NCBI GenBank assembly: GCA_963786805.1
Contig: CAWBAK010000004.1
Span: 101,388-165,387, forward strand
Direction: 5' to 3'
Source: an uncultured Actinomycetes bacterium
GTDB lineage: Bacteria > Actinomycetota > UBA4738 > HRBIN12
DNA: 64,000 nucleotides
Numbering within the stretch: position 1 is the first letter of the stretch; each line of letters opens with the position of its first letter. The notes under the pieces were generated by a model, which worked only from the letters and a program-made list of their open reading frames with translations, ran no database searches and was not told where the DNA came from. Positions 34,936 through 44,064 of this stretch are shown piece after piece. A program made the position numbers and the translations under genes.

Positions 34936-36273
34936 GTGGAGACCCCGGAGACGCGCTATTCGAGAAGCGCAGACGGCATCCATATCGCGTACCAGGTGCT
35001 CGGTGATGGCGATCTCGATCTCGTCGTCTCGCCGGGATACGTGTCGCACCTGGAGCACTCGTGGGAAGACCCGCAGATGGCTCGGTTCCTTCGACGGCTG
35101 GCCTCGTTCAGCCGCCTGATCGTCTTCGACAAGAGAGGGACAGGGATGTCGGATCGCCCGGCCAACGAGGATGCTCCGCTGCTCGAGGACCGGGTCAACG
35201 ACATCGCCACCTTGATGGACACGGTGGGGTCGGAACGGGCCGCGATGATGGGCCTCTCGGAGACCGGCGCGGTGGCCCTCCTGTTCGCTGCAACGTACCC
35301 GGAAAGAACAAGCGCGGTCGTGGCCTACGGCACGTTCGCCGGCGGGGGTAACACGGCTCCGACCTACCCATGGGCGCCCGATCCAGGGCAGGCCGAATGG
35401 CTCGAGGACATCGAGCGGCACTGGGGCCGTGGCGTGCTCTTCCTGGATGAATTCGCCGGTTCCTTGCAGGATGACACTCACTACCGGGAGTGGTTCGCCA
35501 AGCTCGAGCGACTCTCGGCCAGCCCGGGCGCCGCCGTGGCGATCGCACGGATGGTGATGCAGATGGACGTGCGCGACGTCCTGCCCACGATCCGCGTCCC
35601 GACGCTGGTGTTGCATAAGCGCGACGACCAGGCCGTTCCTTTCGAGGAAGGGAAGTACATCGCGGACCACATCCCGGGTGCGAAGTTCGTCGAGCTCCCG
35701 GGGTCCGACCACTGGCCGTGGATCGGACACGAGGAAGCCGTCGAGGAGATCCAGGAGTTCCTCACGGGGATGCGCGATAGCGCCGAGTCGAGCCGAGCGG
35801 TGACGACGGTCATGTTCGTCGACATCGTCGATTCGACCAAGCGCGCCGCAGAGCTCGGAGACCGGCGATGGGTCGGCCTGCTCGAGCGCTTCTACGCGGT
35901 CGTCCGGCGAGAGCTGGACCGATCTCGTGGGCGAGAGATCGATACGGCCGGTGACGGATTCTTCGTGACGTTCGACGGTCCTGCTCGAGCCATACGATCT
36001 GCGACCGCGCTCGTCGACAGGGTCGAGGAGCTCGGGCTCCCGATCCGTATCGGCATCCACACCGGAGAGTGCGAACGGATGGCGGACAAGGTCGGTGGTC
36101 TCGGGGTCGTCATCGGAGCACGGGTCGGCGCGCTGGCGGGGCCTGGAGAGATCCTGGTGTCACGGACCGTGCAGGACCTCGTCGTCGGCTCGGGGTTGAC
36201 CTTCGAGGACGCCGGCGAGCACGAGCTGAAAGGCGTCCCCGACCGCTGGCACCTGTATCGAGTGGTGAAGTAG
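34936..36273 (+). CDS. Alpha/beta-hydrolase fold domain fused to a class III adenylyl/guanylyl cyclase catalytic domain
   Basis: Hydrolase core (LVVSPGYVSHLE, GLSETG nucleophile elbow, a His near the C-terminus of the domain). Cyclase domain: TVMFVDIVDSTKRAAELGD...DTAGDGFFVTF...IGIHTGE. The start is ambiguous between GTG 34936 and the table's 34810. Confidence 0.7.
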   Translation: METPETRYSRSADGIHIAYQVLGDGDLDLVVSPGYVSHLEHSWEDPQMARFLRRLASFSRLIVFDKRGTGMSDRPANEDAPLLEDRVNDIATLMDTVGSERAAMMGLSETGAVALLFAATYPERTSAVVAYGTFAGGGNTAPTYPWAPDPGQAEWLEDIERHWGRGVLFLDEFAGSLQDDTHYREWFAKLERLSASPGAAVAIARMVMQMDVRDVLPTIRVPTLVLHKRDDQAVPFEEGKYIADHIPGAKFVELPGSDHWPWIGHEEAVEEIQEFLTGMRDSAESSRAVTTVMFVDIVDSTKRAAELGDRRWVGLLERFYAVVRRELDRSRGREIDTAGDGFFVTFDGPARAIRSATALVDRVEELGLPIRIGIHTGECERMADKVGGLGVVIGARVGALAGPGEILVSRTVQDLVVGSGLTFEDAGEHELKGVPDRWHLYRVVK

Positions 36274-36361
36274 GTCTTTGTTCGGAACGAGGCTAGCGAC
36301 CAAGCTGCAGTTTCATACGCTTCAAGGCTTCCTCACCAGACGGCGATGAAGCGAGCGCTTC

Positions 36362-36730
36362 TCATGAGAGAGGAGCGAGCACGCAGAACTCGTTCCCCTC
36401 TGGATCCGCCATGACGACCCACGACACGTCCTCGGATTGGCCGATGTCGGCGCGACTGGCTCCGAGCTTGATCAACCGGCGAACCTGAGCCTCCTGGTCG
36501 GCGGGCCTGAGGTCGAAGTGCAGACGGTTCTTCACCGTCTTGCGATCGGGAACCTTGACGAACAGGATGTCCGGGGCGACATCGACCTCCGGGCTTCCTT
36601 CCGGCGGTTCGACACACCACTCGGTCGCGCTCTCATACGTGATCCGCCATCCGAGCGCCTGTGACCAGAAGCGCGCGAGGCGTTCACAGTCGTCGGCGTC
36701 GACCACCACGCATTGGATCCGGATGTCCAC
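36362..36730 (-). CDS. VOC-family (glyoxalase/bleomycin-resistance fold) protein
   Basis: 122 aa with a typical VOC pattern (DADDCERLARFWSQALGW...NRLHFDL...DPEGNEFCV). Confidence 0.65.
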   Translation of the reverse strand: MDIRIQCVVVDADDCERLARFWSQALGWRITYESATEWCVEPPEGSPEVDVAPDILFVKVPDRKTVKNRLHFDLRPADQEAQVRRLIKLGASRADIGQSEDVSWVVMADPEGNEFCVLAPLS

Positions 36731-36748
36731 GCGTGAACCGTATCAGCG

Positions 36749-36916
36749 CTACCTGCCGCGTCTGCGGAGCATCAGCACCACGACGATGACGATGATGATG
36801 ACCACGACGAGCGAACCTCCAGTCAAGAGGTTGTCGTTGCCGCCGTTGCCTTCGTCTTCACATGCCGCCAGGAGCGCCGCGGCGAGCGCGAGCGGTGCGA
36901 ATACCTTCGCCTTCAT
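36749..36916 (-). CDS. Small ORF (55 aa): a lipoprotein-type signal peptide with a lipobox (LLAAC), an acidic Gly/Asn-rich segment, then a C-terminal Val/Ile-rich TM helix with an RRRGR tail
   Basis: Manual translation gives MKAKVFAPLALAAALLAACEDEGNGGNDNLLTGGSLVVVIIIVIVVVLMLRRRGR. A strong SD (gagggaggcaacc) precedes the ATG. The ORF is below the size cutoff of the ORF table. Confidence 0.45.
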   Translation of the reverse strand: MKAKVFAPLALAAALLAACEDEGNGGNDNLLTGGSLVVVIIIVIVVVLMLRRRGR

Positions 36917-37005
36917 GGTTGCCTCCCTCTAGTGAGAGCAACTCATACCCGCCTGCGGGCCGTTTCAGGCGTCGAGCCCACCGATTCAAGAGGGAGATGT
37001 AGAGA

Positions 37006-37037
37006 GCCCCGTGACGGCGAACCGCCACGGGGCTCCT
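37006..37037. other. Perfect 10-bp inverted repeat (gagccccgtg...cacggggctc) with a 12-nt loop, in the intergenic space between two small minus-strand ORFs
   Basis: Read directly from the sequence. It is a possible terminator or regulatory hairpin. Confidence 0.3.
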
Positions 37038-37054
37038 GCTGGGGAGCCCTTCCT

Positions 37055-37354
37055 TCACGAGGAAGCAGGGAAACTCAGCGGTCGAACGCTACTCCGACGA
37101 GTCCGGTACGTCGAATCGGCCGGTGCTAGGCCATGTTCGGGGCGAGCGGCATGGGCGGCGGCCGCAGCATCGCGCGAGCTGACCACGCTCCGCGCACGGT
37201 TCAGGGATGCGCTGGTCTCTCTTCCTCCTTCGGGAGGTGGCGGTCGGGGCTCGACGAACCACAGCTCGACGGAGCGAACGGAGTCCGGGTTCTTGTGCAG
37301 GAGGAACCCGAGATCCGTCGCCGGGACGTGCGTCGTGCTGATCGTGAGGAGCAT
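37055..37354 (-). CDS. Hypothetical short ORF (99 aa). The first ~45 aa look protein-like and the rest is low-complexity, so it may be a gene remnant.
   Basis: MLLTISTTHVPATDLGFLLHKNPDSVRSVELWFVEP..., with no recognisable family. Confidence 0.2.
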   Translation of the reverse strand: MLLTISTTHVPATDLGFLLHKNPDSVRSVELWFVEPRPPPPEGGRETSASLNRARSVVSSRDAAAAAHAARPEHGLAPADSTYRTRRSSVRPLSFPASS

Positions 37355-37628
37355 CAGACCTTCCCGCTGCCGTAAGTCACCGAGTATCCCAAGCGCCCGA
37401 TGCTCGAGATGAGAGGAAACTCACCGGTGCGAGCTCGCTCGTTCAGACGGGCACGAGACCGGCGAGCTCACCCCAGGTCCGTGTCCGGTTATGTGCTCTG
37501 AAGCGTATCGACGCGGCTCCCCCGTTGCTCCGTGCTGCAACCAAAAGGAATGCTTCTTCAAGCATGCGGAGGTCGCTGCGGGGGTAACGACTTACGTGGA
37601 TCTCCGCATCAGGGGAAGGGAGACAGCG

Positions 37629-38489
37629 ATGCCACCTCGGCTCCGTTCGAGCATCTCTCGGATCATCGGCTGCACGATCGCCCTGCTCGTCGTCGTCGTG
37701 CCGCTTCAAGCCCTGGCGGACGAGCCGTTGATCGGAGGGGCTGAAGCGGCCCTGCCCACTGCCGGAGTCGTCACCGAGGTCGTCGAAACCGTGGAAGTGA
37801 TCGAGGAGGTCGAGCCGCCGGCAGAGGTCGTCGAGGAAGTCGAGCCGGTGGCAGAGGTCGCCGCCGAGGTTGAGCAGACGGCCGGAGGAGCGGTGGAGAG
37901 CGTCGGCGATGCGGCGGCCGAGGTGGTCAACGAGGCTCCGACCGTCGAGGAGGCCCAAGGAGCGGCCGGCAACGCCTCGGGGCAGGTCCAGGGAAACGCC
38001 GGCGCGGTGGTGAACAACGCATCCGCGAGCGGCGGATCGGCCGCGGATGCGACCGCCGGATCGGGCGGATCGGCGGACACCGGAGCTTCTCCCGGGGCCG
38101 GCAAGCACGCGGAACATGGCGCCCAGCCGACGGATGAGCGGATCACGGTCGCGTCGACGGGATCGACATGGCGACGGACGCATTTCGCCCGACTGGGTGT
38201 GGTCGTGCCCGCCGCTTCGTTCCTGTACCAGCCGTTGACGCTTCAAGGGAGCCCGGCCGATGAGCCCGAAGTCGACCCATGCGAAGACGATCCGGGGCTG
38301 GCGTGTCTGGGTCTCCTGTTCGGCATCGGCGAGTTCGCCGAGGCCGGCGGTGACGTCCTCGGTCTCTTCCTCGCCGCGACTGGCGTCGTTCTGCGTGGCC
38401 TGATCGTCCTCGCATTCGCCCTGCTGCTCGCCGGAGTCGTCGCTCTTTCGATCGCGCCGAGGCGCGCGACGCCTCGCGGGACGGGCTGA
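37629..38489 (+). CDS. Secreted acidic low-complexity protein with EV-rich repeats (EVVEEVEP) and a C-terminal TM anchor
   Basis: Signal peptide MPPRLRSSISRIIGCTIALLVVVVPLQALA, then VVTEVVETVEVIEEVEPPAEVVEEVEPVAEVAAEVEQ..., then a C-terminal hydrophobic stretch. The RBS is gggaagggag. Confidence 0.55.
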   Translation: MPPRLRSSISRIIGCTIALLVVVVPLQALADEPLIGGAEAALPTAGVVTEVVETVEVIEEVEPPAEVVEEVEPVAEVAAEVEQTAGGAVESVGDAAAEVVNEAPTVEEAQGAAGNASGQVQGNAGAVVNNASASGGSAADATAGSGGSADTGASPGAGKHAEHGAQPTDERITVASTGSTWRRTHFARLGVVVPAASFLYQPLTLQGSPADEPEVDPCEDDPGLACLGLLFGIGEFAEAGGDVLGLFLAATGVVLRGLIVLAFALLLAGVVALSIAPRRATPRGTG

Positions 38490-38502
38490 CCCTGGAGCCG
38501 GG

Positions 38503-39135
38503 TTGGCGAACGCCGGTCAGAACGCCTCGGCGAGGCGCCGGTCTCATCCGGCTCGAGATTGGCTGGGCGACCCCTACCGCGATCGCGCGCACTGGTACTT
38601 CCTCGTCTGCTTGATCGTCACCGCGACGTTGCTCTTCGTTGCGGAGCGCAACGATCGGCCTTCCGGCTCTACGGATGAGGCGCCGGGCGCAGGATCACTC
38701 GCGCGCGGGCTCGTCGAGTATGAGAACCGGACGGGGGGATATCGGTTCATCTACCCCCAGACCTGGGATCTGCGAAACGACGGTCGCTTCACGCAAGTCA
38801 CGAGCCCGGATGGAACGATCGACCTTTCGTTCCAACCGCGTCCGAACGGTACACAGGGGCTCTCTGCAAGCCCGCTGCTTCGGCCCTCCGACCCCGAACA
38901 CTCTCACGAGCGCCTGATCGGATCGCGATGGGAGCTGATCGGAGGCTCGCTCTCGCTCCTCGTCGGCGGCACCGCGACCGACACATCCGGTCGCCGGGTG
39001 CGTTTCCTCCAGATCTCGGTGGGCGCCGAGCCGCGGGACTACTCCATCACCATCGTCGTGCCGTTCAAGTCCGATCCCGAAGAGGTCCTCCCTCTGGTCG
39101 AGGAGATCGTCTCTACCTTCGACACCATCGAGTAG
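38503..39135 (+). CDS. Hypothetical membrane-anchored protein
   Basis: A TM helix (HWYFLVCLIVTATLLFVA) is followed by a soluble domain. The start is a TTG or GTG and is uncertain. Confidence 0.4.
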   Translation: MANAGQNASARRRSHPARDWLGDPYRDRAHWYFLVCLIVTATLLFVAERNDRPSGSTDEAPGAGSLARGLVEYENRTGGYRFIYPQTWDLRNDGRFTQVTSPDGTIDLSFQPRPNGTQGLSASPLLRPSDPEHSHERLIGSRWELIGGSLSLLVGGTATDTSGRRVRFLQISVGAEPRDYSITIVVPFKSDPEEVLPLVEEIVSTFDTIE

Positions 39136-39157
39136 CCATGCTGGGAGGGGCGATCCG

Positions 39158-40078
39158 CTAGTCGGCGATCTGCCAGGCATCGGACTCGGCGGCCTGCCCG
39201 CAGCTGAAGTGGTCGTACAGGATCGTGTTTCCGCGGGGCCTCACCTGAACGTGAGTCCTTCCGATGTCGTCCCCGTTCGGGAGGCGCCACAACTCCGCGC
39301 GGGACCCATCGAGGCGTTCGCGGATCAGCCTCACGCGGTTGCCACATCCGCTCCGCGCCCGCGCGTAGTACACCGTCCCCTCGAGATCGACCGAAGGCGC
39401 GTGGTACCGAAGGTGGCCCGGGTTGGCGATCGTTTCCGACTCGCCGGTCGGGATGTGGTACCGGACGATGTTGCACTCGGACTTCGAAGGACACCGGTAC
39501 CAGACCGCCCACGCCCCGCTCACTTGGCCCGGCGCGAGGAATCTGTTCACTCCCCGTATCTTGGCGAGTCGTTTCGCCACGCCGGTCGACAGGTCGAACA
39601 GGATGATGCGTCTCGTGGTGTTCTCCTGAAGACGACCGAAGAGCAGCCATCGCCCGGAGGTGCTCGGCCAGTACTCCCAGTGCTCGGTGTTGATGCCTGA
39701 AGGAGGTTTGCTCCGCTCGCCGGTGGACAGATCGAAGAACCGCAGCCCGGACCGCCCGCGTTCGAACTGTTGGTAGACGAGTCGGTCGCCCTCGATGTCG
39801 CCATTGGCCCCGTTCGTGCCCGGAGGATTGACGCGCGTTTGCGAGCCGGTGTCCACCGAGCGGGCGATCACGTCGTAGTGCCGCGGACGCTTCCTCGTGT
39901 TCTGCTGCCATGCGAGCCAGCCGCTTCCTCGGACCGGTTGGAACTCGCCGACCCTCGGCCGGCCGAGGATGACCTCCGGAGTGCCGGCGTGCGCAGAGGG
40001 CGCGTCCACGAGACACAGCAGGATGACCGCGAGTGCCAGCGACACCGACGAGATCCACCGCCGCGGGTACCTCGACAT
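39158..40078 (-). CDS. Secreted hypothetical protein, possibly a beta-propeller or TolB-like fold
   Basis: Signal peptide MSRYPRRWISSVSLALAVILLCLVDAPSAHA, with the SD gggagg upstream of ATG 40078. Repeated motifs of the form W-x-G/YY... suggest propeller blades. Confidence 0.45.
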   Translation of the reverse strand: MSRYPRRWISSVSLALAVILLCLVDAPSAHAGTPEVILGRPRVGEFQPVRGSGWLAWQQNTRKRPRHYDVIARSVDTGSQTRVNPPGTNGANGDIEGDRLVYQQFERGRSGLRFFDLSTGERSKPPSGINTEHWEYWPSTSGRWLLFGRLQENTTRRIILFDLSTGVAKRLAKIRGVNRFLAPGQVSGAWAVWYRCPSKSECNIVRYHIPTGESETIANPGHLRYHAPSVDLEGTVYYARARSGCGNRVRLIRERLDGSRAELWRLPNGDDIGRTHVQVRPRGNTILYDHFSCGQAAESDAWQIAD

Positions 40079-40129
40079 CGCGGTCCCTCCCCACCTGCTC
40101 ATCCCACGATACCGCGCGAGTTTCGGCAG

Positions 40130-40789
40130 TCAGCCGGGCACCGCGAGACGCGCTCGACGCCGGATCGTCACGTCGCGGACCTCCGTCACCAGGGCGGCGA
40201 CGGTGAGCGCGATCCCGGCGCCGAGGAGCGTGCCCGCCACGACGTCGGAGAACCAGTGGGCGTTCAGGTACACCCTCGACAGGGCCATCGCGAACGAGAA
40301 CAACGCGGCATACACCTCCCACCGCCTCCGGTGGGGGCCGGCAGGCAGGAGCACCAGCACGAGCGCGATCGCCGTCGCGGCGGTGGCCACGGCGTGTCCC
40401 GACGGGAAGGAGAACCCTCTCGTGTCGACGAGCGCGCCCGGTGGCCGAGGCCGTGCGTACCAGGCCTTGAACACCAGCAGCGCCACCTCCGCGACGAGCC
40501 AGATCAGCAGCCACGTCGCGAGCGCGCGCCAACGGCGCCGCACCGCGAGGAACACGGCCACCACGGTGCGGAGCGGGATCAGGACCCATCCACCGCCGAG
40601 CACGTTGAGCACCCTGGCGAGGACCGTGAGCGGGGCGTTCCGGATGTCGTCCGCGCCGCGATACACGACGTCGTCCACGGCCTGCACCGACGGCCTCGTC
40701 GCGTCGAACCCGACGAGCACGAACACCAACACAGTGACGAAGAGCAACCCCGCCGCGTAGAGCAGCGCTCGTCGATGGTTCGTCAGCAC
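40130..40789 (-). CDS. PAP2-superfamily phosphatase (phosphatidic acid phosphatase type 2-like)
   Basis: Motifs K..(6)..RP-like (YARPRPP), SFPSGH and SRV(Y)LNAHWFSDV are present. The start is uncertain (GTG 40789). Confidence 0.65.
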   Translation of the reverse strand: MLTNHRRALLYAAGLLFVTVLVFVLVGFDATRPSVQAVDDVVYRGADDIRNAPLTVLARVLNVLGGGWVLIPLRTVVAVFLAVRRRWRALATWLLIWLVAEVALLVFKAWYARPRPPGALVDTRGFSFPSGHAVATAATAIALVLVLLPAGPHRRRWEVYAALFSFAMALSRVYLNAHWFSDVVAGTLLGAGIALTVAALVTEVRDVTIRRRARLAVPG

Positions 40790-40802
40790 GGTTGGGCTTC
40801 GC

Positions 40803-41390
40803 TCATCCGGGGCAGGGGCTCGCTCCGAATCCGCAGAGCTCGAGGCCCACGGTCTCGCGCATCCGCTCCACCAGCGGGAGGCGCGGGCGGAAGCTGAGGG
40901 CATCGTCGATGTCGACGGCAAGCGCGGGCGAGGCGTTCGGGTTGAACGCGAAGCGGTAGGTCACACAGCCGCCTTCGAACAGGTAGTAGCGGTTCGCCGC
41001 GAACCGCGGCGGCAGGCTGATCGGCTCCTCGAACCGGCGCGTCCCGGTCTCGTCGAGTCCCCGGACGCGACCTCGATCGCCTCGGACACGTCGCAGGTCT
41101 CGGTCAAGGGATACCCGGACCGCCTGGAACCCTGCCCGGTCCGAGTCGAGCCAGAAGCTCGCGCTGCCGTTCTCGATGTCCGATCCGCCGAAGATCCACC
41201 CGACGGGGAACTCCTCGATGCAGGGCAACAGGCTCGCGGTCGGGACGGCCTGCGCCGCGAGGATCATGCTCGGGTCACCCAACTCGCAGGTGACCTGATG
41301 GAACTGGCGCGACTCACACGCGGGAAGCACCGCGAGCGCGACTACGATCGCCGCGCACCACGACGCCCGCCGGCTCCAGCCGCGGATCAC
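40803..41390 (-). CDS. Putative lipoprotein or secreted protein (195 aa)
   Basis: The product begins VIRGWSRRASWCAAIVVALAVLPACESRQ.... The GTG at 41390 overlaps the upstream stop (GTGA). The upstream part of ORF 40803..42842 is Arg-rich antisense noise. Confidence 0.5.
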   Translation of the reverse strand: MIRGWSRRASWCAAIVVALAVLPACESRQFHQVTCELGDPSMILAAQAVPTASLLPCIEEFPVGWIFGGSDIENGSASFWLDSDRAGFQAVRVSLDRDLRRVRGDRGRVRGLDETGTRRFEEPISLPPRFAANRYYLFEGGCVTYRFAFNPNASPALAVDIDDALSFRPRLPLVERMRETVGLELCGFGASPCPG

Positions 41391-43081
41391 GTGAACACGC
41401 TCCAGTTGCTCACCAACAACAGGAGCGACAGCAGGGACAGGAGCAGGACCATCACCGTGAGCCCGACCCTGCGGAAGCTCCATCGTTGGATCGGGATCGG
41501 CTCCCGCTCGGGAGCCAGGGCTCGGAACTCGGACACGAGGTCGCGGCCGTCCTTCTTCATCTCGGTCCGGAGCTGCGTCGGGCTCGCGATCCCGCGCGTG
41601 GCGGCGAACGCCTCCGCGATCTCGTCCGGCGTGAAGTATTCGAGCGCCGCCTCGTACACGCGGGCGGCGTCGGACTTGAGCGCGAGGACGAGCATCATGT
41701 TCGCAAGGTCGACCGCCTGGCGCCACGGCGAAGGACGGACCTGCACGAAGAACACGTCGATCAGCAGGACCTCGCCGTCGCGAACCATCAGGTTCGCCGG
41801 CTTGATGTCGCGATGCGCGAGTCCCGCGTCCCACAGGTCGCGGATGAGCTTCAGGCCGCCGTGGATCACTCCATCGTCGACCTCGGCCTCGCTGATCTCG
41901 ACCGCACCCTTGAAGAACTCGGTCACGATCATGTACTCGCGCTCGGGCGTGATCTCGACGATGCCGTAGGGCTTGGCGGTCGGGATGCCGGCGTCCTCGA
42001 GCAGGCGCAGCGTGTAGTCCTCGTACTCGACGAAACGGCGGACCGATTGGAACGGGGCCTCGTCCTCCAGCGCCCCGTACAGGATGGTCCGGCCGAGCTT
42101 GTACCAGCGGTCGGCGCGCACGTGGTTCTTCGCGTACAGCTTCGCGAAGACGTACCGCTCCGGCTCGGTCTCGGTCGCGGCGACGCGCAGGCGAAGGGGC
42201 GTCGAGCCGCCCGAGCCCTCCAGACCCACGGGCTTGGCCTCGAGCACGGTCAGCCCGAGCTGGTCGCCGACCGCCTTCTCGATCGCCTCCCCGCGGCGAC
42301 CGCCGACGTCCAGGTGCGCGGACTTGCCGCGCCGGTACGTCACCGGGAACACCTCGTTCGGCGTGAACCACCGGAAGGCGACGAGCGCGACGGCGACGCC
42401 GAAGATCGCCGCGAAACCGGCGTCGGTCGGGCGGTCCACCGCGAGGTACAGGCGCGCACCGACGAGCGCGAGGATCAACCCGCCGATGACCCACTTGGCG
42501 AGTTCTCGGGGCCGCCCGGGGATCACGAGCGAATAGATCATCCCGACGAGCGTTCCCGCGAACGCCGCGACCGGCTGCGACGGCATCGCGAAGCCCTCCC
42601 AGTCGCCGAGGATCAGGATGCCGAGCGGACGGGGTCGCGCGAGCGAGATCGCGATCTCGTGCGTGAGGATCTCGAGCGCCAGGATGCTTCCGAGGAACAC
42701 GAAGAGGTGACGCCAGCGCTTGAACACGACGAGCCCGAGGATCGTGCCCCACCGCAGCACGCGGACCGTCCAATCCGACCCGAGCACACTCACTCCCGAG
42801 GCGAGATCGGTGAGCCAGCCCGTTCGCAGCGTCGCGAGCCACCGGAGCCGCGCGGTGTCGAACCGGTCGAAGATGCCCAGCAGGTTGTCGAACAGGAGCA
42901 CGCCGAGCAGGACCGAAAGGAAATACCCAGTCATGATCAGCCAGAACTTCCCGCTTCGGCCGAGCTCGCGCGGGAGCGGGGGCGCCTCCCCGGAGGGCCG
43001 TCGATGCGGGCCGCCGGAACGATCTCGAGGATGCCGTGCTTCGGCGGCGCTCGTCGCCGGAGTGTGTTCGGTCGTGTCCAT
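41387..43081 (-). CDS. Membrane protein with an N-terminal polytopic domain (degenerate PAP2-like) fused to a C-terminal protein-kinase-like domain (Kdo/RIO-like)
   Basis: About six TM helices, then LAHRDIKPANLMVRDGEVLLIDVFF (catalytic-loop-like). The ATG at 43081 has a strong SD (aggagg). Confidence 0.6.
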   Translation of the reverse strand: MDTTEHTPATSAAEARHPRDRSGGPHRRPSGEAPPLPRELGRSGKFWLIMTGYFLSVLLGVLLFDNLLGIFDRFDTARLRWLATLRTGWLTDLASGVSVLGSDWTVRVLRWGTILGLVVFKRWRHLFVFLGSILALEILTHEIAISLARPRPLGILILGDWEGFAMPSQPVAAFAGTLVGMIYSLVIPGRPRELAKWVIGGLILALVGARLYLAVDRPTDAGFAAIFGVAVALVAFRWFTPNEVFPVTYRRGKSAHLDVGGRRGEAIEKAVGDQLGLTVLEAKPVGLEGSGGSTPLRLRVAATETEPERYVFAKLYAKNHVRADRWYKLGRTILYGALEDEAPFQSVRRFVEYEDYTLRLLEDAGIPTAKPYGIVEITPEREYMIVTEFFKGAVEISEAEVDDGVIHGGLKLIRDLWDAGLAHRDIKPANLMVRDGEVLLIDVFFVQVRPSPWRQAVDLANMMLVLALKSDAARVYEAALEYFTPDEIAEAFAATRGIASPTQLRTEMKKDGRDLVSEFRALAPEREPIPIQRWSFRRVGLTVMVLLLSLLSLLLLVSNWSVFT

Positions 43082-43106
43082 CGATCCTCCTGGGACTCGG
43101 CCGATG

Positions 43107-44064
43107 CTAGTCGTTCGGCCCGGAAAGGCCGTGCTCGGCCAGCCAGGCCGTCGCGACCTCACGCGGCGACTGTCCCTCGGCGACGCGCGCGTTCAGCTCC
43201 CGGAGGTCTCCGGTGGTCAGCAGCGCAGAGACCGAATCGACCAACCGAACGAACGCGTCCCCGTGCGCCTCGACGACCTCCTCCCGGACGACCGGGGTCA
43301 CGTTCTCGGCGGGCTGAAGGCCCAGGTCGTCGTAGAGCAGGACGAAGTCGTACAGGTCGATCGCCGCGTCGGTCGTGAAGAGCAGGGCCACGTCCACCGT
43401 GCCCGATCGCAGGGCGGTGACCGAGACCGGACCGCCGGCATCCAGCGTCTGGAACGATCCGAACTCCAGGCCGTACACGTCCTCCAGACCCCCGAGGCAG
43501 AGCGGGCGCTCCGGACACTCCGGAGGGCCACCGAACGCAAGCTCGGGAGCTTCGGGCACGAGCTGGCTGATCGAGCGAAGGCCGTACCGATCCGCCGTCT
43601 CGCTGGTCACCGCGAAGCCGTTCTGGTCCTGGGCCGGAGCCGGCGAGAGGACCGCCACGCCGCGCTCCGCGAACACTTGTTCCAGCCGGTCGTGCGTCAG
43701 CGCCTCGTCGGAGGTGGCGAAGCCCTCGCCGCGCGTCAGGAACTCGAGCGCCGAGCCCGAGTACTCCGGAACGAACTCGACGAGTCCGCGCTCCAGCGAA
43801 GGTTCGACGAGCTCGCGCGCGCCGAGCCCGAGCTGGCGCTGTCACCGCGAACCCCTCACCCTCGAGGGCCTGCGCGTAGATCTCCCCGACGAGCACGCTC
43901 TCGGGGAAGTTGAACGACGCGACGGTGATCGCATCGTCGTCGAGCGCCGTCGTGGTGGCCGGCGGCACGCCCCGCCCGCACGCGGCGGCGAGGAGCAGCG
44001 CGGCGGCGAGGATCATCGCGGAACCGGGAACGACGCGGTTGCGCTCGGGAGCGCGGACGCGCAT
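43107..44064 (-). CDS. Glycine betaine/choline-type ABC substrate-binding protein (OpuAC-like lipoprotein) with an apparent frameshift near 43830
   Basis: The N-terminus has a lipobox (MILAAALLLAAACG). The C-terminal half is in ORF 43107..43676 (VTALRSGTVDVALLFTTDAAI...). Confidence 0.55.
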
